The position numbers and the translations under genes are program-made. The notes below the pieces were generated by a model, which was given only the letters and a program-made list of their open reading frames with translations, did not search any database and had not been told where the DNA came from. This document shows positions 14,389 to 52,557 of a stretch of 64,000 nt of DNA, piece by piece. The stretch is from Amoebidium appalachense (lineage: Eukaryota; Protista; Ichthyosporea): the NCBI GenBank assembly GCA_963693365.1, contig CAVNZM010000015.1:2666001-2730000 (forward strand), written 5' to 3'. Position 1 is the first letter of the stretch. Each line of letters opens with the position of its first letter.

Positions 14389-16818
14389 ATGCTGCGCCTC
14401 GCTAAACCCCTGGGGGCGGTCCTACGGCTGCCCCCCCTCACGTGCACGCTCCCTTTTCTTCCACCGGTTGTAAAACATGCACATTCAAGGACTCAACAGA
14501 TCATTTCACGCACACACAACACACGTTTCCTACACACCTCTACCACCTCTACAACGAATACTCCTGTAGAAGACGGATTTGAGCTGATCTTACACAGAGA
14601 TGTTCAGGACGCGCTGCACACGGGGAAACCCGTTGTGGCCCTTGAGTCTACTATCATCACGCATGGTATGCCCTACCCGGCAAACAAGGAAACAGCCCTA
14701 GCTGTTGAAAAGGTGGTGAGAGATGCGGGTGCCGTTCCAGCAACAATAGCGATATTGGAAGGGAGGGTTCATGTTGGTTGCACGCAGGAGGAAGTGGACT
14801 TTTTGGCTACGACGGGGAAAAAAGCGAGAAAAACGAGCAGGAGAGACTTGGCGCTGGTAGTGGCTACAAAGGGGACGGGGGCAACGACAGTTTCCGGAAC
14901 CATGTTGATAGCGCACAAGTGCGGCATACGCGTGTTTGTCACAGGGGGTATAGGCGGCGTGCATAGGGGCGGGGAGATAACCATGGACGTGAGCGCGGAT
15001 TTGACCGAGCTGGGACGTACACCCGTGGCTGTTGTGTCAGCCGGGATAAAATCCATTTTGGATATACCGCGCACGTTGGAATATCTCGAAACACAGGGTG
15101 TCACCACCATCACTTTCGGCCCCACACGTGATTTCCCTGCTTTTTTCTGCCGTCGTACGGGCGGGGACACGGTTGCGCAAGCCATGGCAAACATGAGTTC
15201 TCCACAGCAGGTAGCACAGCTTATCCTCGCTAATTCTCGGTTGGATTTGAACAGCGGCATGGTCATTGCGGTGCCCATCCCCGAGCAGTATGCAAAGGAT
15301 CCTGACCATTACGAAGCGGTGGTGGAGGGGGCGGTCGCAGAGGCCCGAGGGAAACACATCACTGGTGCGGATGTGACGCCTTTTTTGCTTCAACGGGTGA
15401 ACGAATTGACTGGGGGAGAGTCGCTAGAGGCAAACATTGCGCTGATTAAAAACAACGCAAGGGCCGGGGCGGAGATTGCGGTTGAGTTGGCGAGACTGGA
15501 GCAGATGTACCCACCCAGACAATATGGCAGGGGTGCGGCACCAAGCGTGCAGAAACGCGGGTTCCACACTCACATCCACACCCACCATTACCGCACATCC
15601 CAAGGTTTTTTCCCTTTTCGTTTTGCATTTCCTTTTAGATCAATGTCTACGGTTAGCGGAGTGAGTTTGGCAGCGGGTCACGCGGTGGTGGTTGGGGGCG
15701 CTTTGGTAGATGTTATTGCAAAGTGCCACCAGAGTGAACTCGGGCTAGTACCACACACCTCAAACCCCGGCACCATACGTGAAAGTTTCGGCGGCGTGGG
15801 GCGCAACATTGCAGAGGGGCTTACCCGTCTTGGGCACACACCCCTTTTCCTTACCGCCATCGGAAATGACATTCGCGGGCGGAGCATTAGGGAGCATTCC
15901 GCCTCGTACGGTTTGCCCTTTGATGGCGTTTTGGTTTCGGAGAAATCTTCTACGGCGAGTTACGCGGCCGTTTTGACGGCAGACGGGCAGTTGGAGGTTG
16001 CAATTACGGACACGCACGTGTTGAAAGAATTGACGCCTGCGACGGTTACACAGCACAAATCGGCAATTAGTAATTCGAAGATGGTGGTGTTGGACGGGAA
16101 CATAAACGGCGATACGCTCGAATACCTGTGCACACTGTGCAAAAGGTCAAATATCCCCGTGTGGTACGAACCCACCTCTGTTCCCAAGGCAGTCCTCCCT
16201 ATTACCGCCGCGGGCATACACACTCTAAGTGCCCTGACTTACATCTCGCCTAACGAAAAGGAGTTACGCGCGATGGCTGAAGCAGCACAAAACGCGTGCG
16301 CGGAGGGCGCGGGAATGCCGGACGTAGGCCCCGAACTTCGCCAACGGACGATCGCGTTAAAGAAAATCACGCAGGCGTACCCTTTGCTTAAAGAGCACCA
16401 GGCGGTGGTGCGGGACTCGTTCGTCATGCTCGAGCACGGGGTTCGGAATATCGTCGCTACCCTCGGTGCAAAAGGTACCTTGTGCATTTGGACGGCCTCG
16501 GCGCCGTCTTCGCAAACGCAAACACGCGCAAAAGTGTTTGCCACTTTGGTCGATACATGCCCGGTGGATGAAATTGCGGATGTGACAGGGGCTGGGGATA
16601 GTCTCGTTTCGGGGGTTATTGCGGGTGTGTTGGAGGGGCGGGCTATGGAGGAAAGTCTGTGTTTGGGTATGTTTGCGGCACACATGTCTGTGCAATCGTA
16701 CACCCCCATATCCACACATCTGGGGAGGGAGGCGTGCACGAGGGAGAGGGTGGCGGAGATGTTTAGGGTGTCCAAGACCATAGATTTGAGCGAGTTTGTG
16801 GAGGTGGAGATTAAATGA
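14389..16818 (+). CDS. Bifunctional pseudouridine-5'-phosphate glycosidase (PsuG/IndA) plus PfkB-family pseudouridine kinase; predicted mitochondrial; intronless
   Basis: Single ~809-aa ORF from ATG 14389. PsuG motifs: VALESTIITHGMPYP, GATTVSGT, FVTGGIGGVHR, DVSADLTELG, AGIKSILD, TPFLL. PfkB motifs: GGVGRNIAE, PNEKEL, DVTGAGDS. The N-terminus is Arg-rich and acid-free, ending RFLHTS. Confidence 0.95.
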   Translation: MLRLAKPLGAVLRLPPLTCTLPFLPPVVKHAHSRTQQIISRTHNTRFLHTSTTSTTNTPVEDGFELILHRDVQDALHTGKPVVALESTIITHGMPYPANKETALAVEKVVRDAGAVPATIAILEGRVHVGCTQEEVDFLATTGKKARKTSRRDLALVVATKGTGATTVSGTMLIAHKCGIRVFVTGGIGGVHRGGEITMDVSADLTELGRTPVAVVSAGIKSILDIPRTLEYLETQGVTTITFGPTRDFPAFFCRRTGGDTVAQAMANMSSPQQVAQLILANSRLDLNSGMVIAVPIPEQYAKDPDHYEAVVEGAVAEARGKHITGADVTPFLLQRVNELTGGESLEANIALIKNNARAGAEIAVELARLEQMYPPRQYGRGAAPSVQKRGFHTHIHTHHYRTSQGFFPFRFAFPFRSMSTVSGVSLAAGHAVVVGGALVDVIAKCHQSELGLVPHTSNPGTIRESFGGVGRNIAEGLTRLGHTPLFLTAIGNDIRGRSIREHSASYGLPFDGVLVSEKSSTASYAAVLTADGQLEVAITDTHVLKELTPATVTQHKSAISNSKMVVLDGNINGDTLEYLCTLCKRSNIPVWYEPTSVPKAVLPITAAGIHTLSALTYISPNEKELRAMAEAAQNACAEGAGMPDVGPELRQRTIALKKITQAYPLLKEHQAVVRDSFVMLEHGVRNIVATLGAKGTLCIWTASAPSSQTQTRAKVFATLVDTCPVDEIADVTGAGDSLVSGVIAGVLEGRAMEESLCLGMFAAHMSVQSYTPISTHLGREACTRERVAEMFRVSKTIDLSEFVEVEIK

Positions 16819-16980
16819 TGTTAAAAAATATATTATATATTTTTAGTTTTATTAGATAAGATTGGTGATGCGGTGTATGTGTTGTGGGTAGGCGGGTGGG
16901 TGGGTGGGTGGGTGCTGGTGTGTGTATGTTGGTTTGGGGAGGGGGAGGGGGAGGTATGGTGGGGGGGGGGGAGGGGAGGG

Positions 16981-17505
16981 GTTGGCATGGGTATACATGG
17001 TATATTTGCGGAGGCCATGCGCACACACACATGCACATACACACACACACACACTCACACACACACACACACTCACACACACCACCGGACTAGCCCAGTG
17101 TAACGAACCAATATAGAAATCCGGATACGTGAGTTCGAGGTAACCGTTTTGAAAGGACATTGAAAATCCTATCGCATCGACTTCTTGGCGCAGACATGAG
17201 TGTGATAGAGTGTGTGGGCTTAATATGACTGTATGTGGTGTGTAAGCAGGCTAGGTCCCGCGTATCCGTGTGCACGTGTTTCTATTCTGTGAGCGAGCCG
17301 AGATATAGCTATTGGTAGTAGTATATATACCTGATGCTGGCAATGTACACAGAGATATACCGATCCGTATTTGGTAAATGAAAATGAAAACATCGTCGAT
17401 GGTAAGACCCCATTAATGAATTTAGTATACCTAGGACCCTGTATACCCTACGTATACTAGGCCCACACACTCGATCTCCGCAAATATACCATGTATACCC
17501 ATGCC

Positions 17506-17508
<3 letters not shown>
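16981..17508. repeat. Perfect 33-bp inverted repeat pair (possible MITE or hairpin)
   Basis: gttggcatgggtatacatggtatatttgcggag (16981-17013) and its exact reverse complement (17476-17508), extended outward by a G-run and a C-run. Confidence 0.8.
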
Positions 17509-17540
<32 letters not shown>

Positions 17541-18655
17541 CCAACACACACACACACACACACATCACACATCACACATCACACATCACACATCCATCAC
17601 ACACCATCACCACCACCACCACCAACACACACACACACAAAAGAAACATAAAAATGAAATAAGATAGACAGAAGCGCACAATCACCGCCCGAACACGTTT
17701 GATACTAAGTTTAACGTTAACACCTTGTGATGATAGGGTGCGGCCACCAACGGTTAACCGTTGCCATCTTTTACCAGCTGCGAGCTGGCATATATTCCTC
17801 ACTGATGATGTGATTGGTTACATATCACGTAAATTCCTTGTACACGTGCGCCACATGTGCATGTGCAGTAGAGATCCCATGCACATGAAAGTTGTGATGG
17901 TTTGCATACTGTATACCCAGACGCTTGTCATGAACTTTAGAGGACACAACAACTTCAAAGGCTGCCGTGCATTCGAATTCTAGCTCTATCGTTAGTACTG
18001 TTGAAATGGTTTTTAAATTTTTTATTTCCAAAAATATTTGATGCACCACGTGTGGCCACCACGGCCAAAGGTAAGCACACGTCTTACGCAGATCAGTACG
18101 TATGCTAACGCTGCACACATGTTCACACACACACGTGTTCACAAACACATTCGCCGGCTGCACACCCACATATACACACGTGCACACACCCACACACACA
18201 CGTGCACACACACACACATACACCGTGGCACACACACACACCTGGGTGGGGGATATCTGGTGCTGCTGGCATTATGTATACATACGTGGCATGCACACAC
18301 ATGATTTGTGAAGATTTAAGATTGCCCCCCCGACTAAAACTTGCGATGTACACATGTATGCTTGCCTGGTGCAGTAGCTGGTGTGTGGGCTTTAATCATC
18401 GTGAATTTGCACGTACATAGATCACTTGGGCTATGACGGGGGCCACGGGCGCCGGGTTGGGGGGGGGGGGGGGGGGGGGGACGGGGGGAGGGGAGAAGGC
18501 CGGGATAGGGGGGAGTAGCGAGGCCCCTTGAAAAGAGAGAGAGAGTCTCAGAGGGCCTGAGAGAGAAAGAGAGAAAACGAGAAAGAGAGCTAGGGAGTCG
18601 CGATGGAGAGAAAGAGAGAGAGAGATCTGTGAGGGTCGGACTCCACAGAGAGAGA

Positions 18656-18700
<45 letters not shown>

Positions 18701-19887
18701 GAGGGAGAGAGAGTAGCAATGTAAAGAGACAGAGAGGTAACAAGAGGGAGAGAGGGGAGGGGGAGCGAGAGGCGGGGCCAGGGAGGAGACGGGAGGGGTC
18801 TGTCAGAGAGAGAGTGCTGGGGAGGTGGCGGGCAGGGGGTTGGGGGCGGGGGGGAAGGGTGTGTGTAGTGGGGGGGGGGGGGGGGGGGGGGGGGGGGAGG
18901 GATCCGGAGACGGGGGGGGGGGGGGGGGGGGGGGGTGGGTGGGTGGGGGGGGGAGGGGGGGGGGGGGGAGGAAGAGCTCGAGAAATTCTTTGGGGGGGGG
19001 GGGAGGGGGGGGGGGAAGCGAGAGCGAGGAGTCACAGAGAGTGTGTGCATGTCTGTGTGTGTGTGCAACTGCGTCATCACGTAGCTGTTGTTGGGGAAAT
19101 GAGGTGTGTTTGTTTGTGTGAGTGTACAGCGTGTGGCCACGTCCCTCGCGCGGGGCGGGGCGGGGCGGGGGGGGGGAGAGGGAGGGGGGGGCGAATGGCT
19201 GGCTACAAGTGACAAATATGATACTCAATGCAAGTATATGTGCCAACTTTTACTAACATGGTACGCCATCACCCACACTGCATCACATGGATACGGTGTC
19301 AAACCTACACACCCTATAACCTGCACCATATTTCAGTTTACATCGTAGCAGGTATCTAAGCCGGCCCCAAGATATATCATTCTATTACTAGTCCTTGCTC
19401 GAGCGACACCATATATAGCTATAGCCCCGGCAATATGGTGCACATCACTATGAAAGGCCCATCGCAGGGGTGCTTTATGTTAGTGTACATAAAACCTCAA
19501 AAGGTGTTAATGCTAGATCACGGTACATAGGAACAAATAACTTTCATGCCAATATTAGGAAGGAATGAATACATGCCATTCACCAACCAGAAGGCTCGGG
19601 AAAAAAGTCTAAGGCAAAATTTAGAGTAGAAAGGGTAGAAACATATGGCCACATCCGCACTACATGATTATCAACCTATGGGATGCTTCATAAATGCCTT
19701 ACATAATTTAAAAAACACTTGTCTGCCTATCCAGATAGATCCACACAACCTAAACATTCGATATTCACTACTCGACGAATACCTTCATACATTCCCATCC
19801 CCAAAAACACAACAACACAACACAAAAGAATAAAGGAGAACCGAAACACAGCAACACACATCACACACATGGCAAGACAGAGGTGAA

Positions 19888-39784
<19,897 letters not shown>

Positions 39785-40279
39785 ATGCGAAGCCTTTAAG
39801 GCTATTCTCCTTGTGCAGTCTGTGTCTTGTGTGTTGGCTGTGTACGGAAGCAGTGGCTACACAACACCACCACCACGGGAAACCGACTATAGCACATCCA
39901 TGTAGAGAATTCAGATGAATGATAACAGTACAAAGGAGACCACTGCTGATGTAAACTGAAATTCAGAAATGATTTTCGCTGGTTGTTGTTTCACAATGGT
40001 AACCAGCCTCTCAAGAACGACTGAAGGGCCAACTCCTATCAGGTGGCTACCTTCCAGCACAAAGACAAACGCTCTTAAATGCTCTTACACGGAGGCTATT
40101 TCAAGGCTTGTACCTACACGGGGAAAAAAAGTAGCACACACAAACTTTCTTTTGTCTCTATTTGTGTAAAGCCTGTTGCTACCAAAATAAAAGTGTATGC
40201 TATCTAACATATATTTCCCCCTTGCTCAATGGCAGGCAAGGAATAATCGAAGGGATGTTCGCGATCGAGCTTGTAAAAC

Positions 40280-40757
40280 CTTACCGTTCAAGTGTTCAAG
40301 TGTGAGGGTGTTGATTACGCAATCATCAGCCGGCGGTTTTTTGACCTGAACGCGCCAAGAACAAGCCTGGCGCCAAAACCTACCAATCAACGGGTGACCA
40401 ATTACAAAGAAAAAATAAACGTTATACTGTTTAGAATAACTTTTAATTGGTACACTATATTATTCAAACTTTATGTAAACCCGGTAGGCTCACTGAGACG
40501 ACAGAAAGTTTCGGTCACGGAACGAAGCTTCGTCACTCGACTGACACAGCGAAGCCTCTTGCAGTTATCTAATAGTCTAAAAACACTAGACACCAAGCAA
40601 CACAAAATATACATATATCTTCTTGGAATGCTACGGTGGTTTAAGCAGCAGTCGACCTCGACAACAGCAAAAGCAGACATCATCAGCAACTTAGTTCAGT
40701 GCGCTGGTGTTTGACCCACTACGTTCCAAAATAAATGGTTGCGTTTGAGCCGCCGTC
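40280..40757. promoter_or_regulatory. Bidirectional promoter region between USP37-like (-) and TLP (+)
   Basis: Head-to-head genes with a microsatellite-free intergenic sequence. CCAAT at ~40383 and ~40398, E2F-type TTTGGCGC (minus, 40370-40377), and a minus-strand donor gtaagg at ~40285 suggesting a USP37 5'UTR exon. Confidence 0.55.
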
Positions 40758-47692
<6,935 letters not shown>

Positions 47693-48400
47693 GTGGAAGG
47701 GGGTTGAAGTATCATCAAGTCGAGGATTGAGGGCTATCTGTAGAGCTTACCTTTTTTTTTTTTTTTTTTTTTTTTTGACTAATGGCGTGCGGAAGGTGAG
47801 GATTTTAGCACCACGAGCGATAAAAATGTTGGTGTTGGATGCGGGGTGCTGTTAAGAAGGGCCGCATTGTGTGCGCCCGGGGGGACCCCATGGCTTACCC
47901 CGATGCACGTGTGTGTTTGTGTGCCGGCCATTTCACACGTACAATGCCTCCTGTTGTGGTGTGGATAGAGCCCGGGTCTAGTGCGGTGTTGCCTGGGGTT
48001 GAGAGACGCAGTAGGTGCCTCACACACACAACCACACGTCCGATGTGCAAAACCCAGTGCACGCAACATGCTGCAATGTAGAATTGCAAGTCCAGTAAGG
48101 GAAATGGGCAAACATGCACATGCACAACTGCATGCTATAGATGACCGATTAGCACGTATAGAATTGGGCATGGTATGTGCATGTGCCCCTGTTCGTTGGT
48201 GGTTAGACCTTTGTGGTGGTGTATGGGTAGCTGCGTGTGCATGGCCTTACAACATGCGCACTGGCAGTTGCACACTGGAAACATGCTCACCTTGCATGCA
48301 CACACACACGCACACATACACACCCCCTCCACACACAAGCACGGTGCATATGTGCAGGCGCACGCAGTGCGCGCGCGTGCGCGCGCGTGCGCACGCACGC

Positions 48401-48492
<92 letters not shown>

Positions 48493-49096
48493 CAAAGATT
48501 ACTGTTTTGTAACACCGAAAACTAACTCGACGGTGATCCAGGTTTTGAATATCGATCCTAGATGACTGAGATATCTTTTATATAGATATATTTAGCTATT
48601 TGCATACGAAACGGGTGCAAACTAGCTACGCACACCCATGTACCGTAGGTAAGTAGATATATTGCTGGGAGCTGTGCTGAATAAAGAAGGCATCGATATC
48701 TAAGATACATTAGTGTTGTGCGGGCGCGGGCGCGGGCGTGTGCATGTGCGTGCGTCTTAACATTTTGTAAGTGCACCTTATTCGGCAATTTCCGAGACAG
48801 GAAATTTTTGCCCGGGTAATCCAGACACTGTTGGAACAGTAGAAACTATCCAGAGTTAAGTAGGAAAATCGGGGGGTAGGTCTTTCGATGCAGAATCTCG
48901 AGTATCAATCCAGATAAACCATGGCCAGGAGGGTATGTCTGAAGGACTACAGGCTGAGAGCAAATCACACTTTTGGGCGCATGCTCACGGTATAAGTTCA
49001 TGTGAGGTGTTGCTGCTATTTAACTGTGTAACGTAGTTTGGTTGTTTCTATTCGTGTACAAAAGTGCTCTGGAAGAGGGTGTTATGCAGTAGGAAC

Positions 49097-49620
49097 GGGT
49101 GCCACCTATAAATTAGGTGCAACCTATAAAATGGGTGCCACCTATATAACTGGTGCCACCTATAAATTAGGTGCCACCTATAAATTAGGTGCCACCTATA
49201 AAATAGGCGCCACATATAAATTAGGTGCCACCTAAATAATAGGTGCCACCTATAAATTAGGTGCCACCCAAATTAATAGGTGCCACCTATAAAAGGGGTG
49301 CCACCTAAATAATGGGTGCCACTAAAACATAATAGGTGCCACCTAAATAATAGGTTCCACCTATAGAAGAGGTGCCACCTAAATAATAGGTGCCACCTAT
49401 TAAATAGGTGCCACCTAAATAATAGGCGCCACCTATAAATTAGGTGCCACCTAAATAATAGGTGCCATTTATAAATTAGGTGCCACCTAAATAATCATTG
49501 TGCCAAATATAAATTATGTGCAACCTAAATAAAAGGTGCCACCTATAAATTAGGTGCCACCTATAAAATAGGTGCCACATATAAATTAGATGCCACCTAA
49601 ATAATAGGCGCCACTTAATT
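49097..49620. repeat. Palindromic ~18-bp satellite, array 1
   Basis: Tandem TAGGTGCCACCTA cores with A/T spacers (taaat, aataa, taaaa). Confidence 0.95.
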
Positions 49621-50862
49621 ATAAATAATTTTTCTATTTTATCCCGTTTTGTTCCCGGAAGGACCTCTTGGGCCCTCAGGGGGAGCTACCGTCTTCCACC
49701 CAGCACCGACAGTACTCTAGCTAGGGTGCTCCGGTATTTATTAGCTAAGCTAACACACCTTTAAGCAATCCGATACTGTTTGCACATACTTTGCCCAGCC
49801 TGAGGGTATTCATCCCAGCCACGCCGGTGGGTAGCACTAGGCTCCCCCTCCACTCAAGACTTACGAATAAACTTTGAAACCGGGTTGTCATTGGTTCAAC
49901 ATAGAGTGTGGCTACGGTGTAGTGGTCTAGGAGCCTAGTGTTGCATGGTTGGTTGGTTCTGTGGGCGTGTCGGCAGGTTTGGCATGCTGGCTGTGTGTGT
50001 GCTGGCTGTGTGTGTGTTCGGGGTGCGTGTGTGTGTGGTTTGGGTTTCGGTGGGGCTCCACCTCTAGAGGTCTCTGTTTTCGTGTGGTGTTGGGGTGTTT
50101 GTGTTTGTGCATTTTGGGGTGTGTGGGTGGAAGAGTCGTGTTACGTGGTATCCAAATTTTAGAGCTGAAGAAAAAAGTTTGTAATTCTACTGTGATTTTA
50201 CCTAAGATGACTCGTGTCGTGGGCTCTGTGGTGCCGAGGGCTGTTAGCAGGGGTCCAACGGACCGCGGGCAGAAATCCCTGGTGACCCACTTGATGTCCT
50301 CGGGGTCTCGTTGGCCAGGCTGTCCTCCAATCCACTTGAGCCACCCACACTGGGCAGTGACTGTGGCCGCTGTCTGGCGGTGTTGAGCCGTGGAGGTCTT
50401 GGGGTGCCGGGAGTGCAAAACATTGGAGATTCACGCCGTGATGGCCGTGGTTAGAAGTGTGGCTTCCTCCGCATGTGCCTGACAGGCCCATGCAAAGGTG
50501 GACTGTCGTCTCCGGGTGCTGGTGGCATCTGGGGCATGTGGGCTGGGTGACGATGGTTGTGTGGTCACGGTGTAGCCTGGTCATGGTGGGCAGGGTGCCC
50601 ATAGCCAGTGATAGGCTCCTGGTGTTGCCTCGTACTGCCTGGATCGACGCCTGGGCCGCGGGGCCCTTGCTTAGCTTAAGGGGGTCCCCCTCTGCTGGGG
50701 TTAGACGGGGGTCAGTAAGGAAGGACATGGCCTCCGTCTTGCCGGCCTGGTCCTTGAGGTCCTCCTTGGTCAGACAGTTGAGGGAGCCGGGGATGTTGCC
50801 TGGGGTCTGGTGGCCCTGAAGTCTGAGGGTGTATTTGCCCCCTCCTGGGGCCGGGGGTAGGG
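49621..50862 (-). mobile_element. 5'-truncated, frameshifted non-LTR retrotransposon 3' end (zf-RVT/CCHC region, L1/Tx1-like) inserted in the satellite
   Basis: Minus-strand peptide LPTMTRLHRDH...TCPRCHQHPETTVH matches the LINE ORF2 C-terminal zinc knuckle. After a frameshift it continues to KIWIPRN (IWxxRN motif). A 3'UTR then ends in A-rich sequence at ~49640-49620. Confidence 0.7.
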
Positions 50863-51700
50863 GGTGCCAATTTAATAATAGGTGCACCGTGGGCCAATAA
50901 AGTAGGTGCCACCTATAAGTTAGGTGCCACCTATAAATTACTAGCAGGTGCCGCCTAAATAATAGGTGCAACCTATAAAATAGGTGCCACCTAAATAATA
51001 GGTGCCACCTATAAAACAGGTGCCACCAAAATAATAGTTGCCACCTATAAAATAGGTGCCACCTATAAAACAGGTACCTCCTATAAATTAGGTACCACCT
51101 ACAAATTAGGTGCCAAATAAATATTAGGTGCCACCTACATATTAGGTGTCGCATATTTGAGGTGCCGCCTAAATCTAGTAGGTGCCACCCACAAAAAATG
51201 TTCCACCAAAAATAACGGTGCCACCCGAACAACAGGACTGGTGCCACCTAAATATTAGGTGCCACCTATAAAATAGGTGCCACCTAAATAATAGGTGCCA
51301 CCTAAAAAATAGGTGCCACCTAAACAATAGGTGCCACCTGTATAATAGGTACCACCTAAATAATAGATGCCACCTAAATAATCATTGGTGCCACCTATAA
51401 ATTAGGTGCCACCTAAGTAATAGGTGCTACCTAAATGATAGGTGGCACCTAAACAATAGTGACACCTTCAAATTAGGTGCCACCTAAATTATAGGCACCA
51501 CCTAAATAATAATAATAGGTGCACCTACGAAATAGGCGCCACCTATAAATTAGGTGACACCTAAATAATAGGTACCACCTATAAATTAGGTGCCACCTAA
51601 ATAATAGGTGCCATTCATAAAATAGGTGCCACCAAATTCGGTGCCACCTTGATGGTGCCACTTAAATAATAGGTGCCGCCTATAAATTTGGTGCCACCTA
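50863..51700. repeat. Palindromic ~18-bp satellite, array 2
   Basis: Same TAGGTGCCACCTA core in tandem. Confidence 0.95.
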
Positions 51701-51851
51701 CAGTTTGCGTCCGCGTCTAAGATTCTACGGTTTTGGAGGGGTGTCGACGGAATCTTACGGCAAGTAGAGCCGGAGACAACCGGTCGTACCCATGATCTTG
51801 AAGGGGGCCCTTGTGTGTGTGTGTGTGTGTGTGGGTGGGTGGGTGGGTGGG

Positions 51852-51920
<69 letters not shown>

Positions 51921-52261
51921 GCTGGGAATGGTAGGTACACATACGTTGCCGGGGAAACGTGTGTGTGAAGGGGGAAGAGGCCTACTGAGGAGCGGGGTGG
52001 TTGCCAATTGGTGTCGGGGGGGCCCGGGGCAGGGAGGGGGGGGGGAGGGGGGGGGGGGAGGGGGGGGCAACCTAGAGGGCTAGTCACAAAAAGAGGTTAC
52101 CAATTTGGAGGGGGGAGGGGGGGTGGTGGCTGGGGAGGGGGGGGAAGAGGGCGGGGAGAGGAGGGGACTGCATGCGCATTTCATGCGCAGTGGGGGAGAC
52201 CGGGAGGGAAGGTGGGAGTCGTACATGCAGTGTCCAATCGACACACACACACAGAGAGAGA

Positions 52262-52383
<122 letters not shown>

Positions 52384-52396
52384 CGAGAGAGACCTA

Positions 52397-52443
<47 letters not shown>

Positions 52444-52557
52444 AGAGGGGAGAGAGAGCTAGGGGGAGGGAGGGAGAAAGAGTGGCGAGAGAGAAAGATA
52501 TATGGAGAGGGAGATATTAAAGTCATTATGGGGAACCCAGGGCCTGTCTACTCTGAA

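Noticed and set aside
51700-51810. Exon-like island between satellite arrays 2 and 3
   Set aside because: It is short, the frame is ambiguous, and no partner exons can be assigned.
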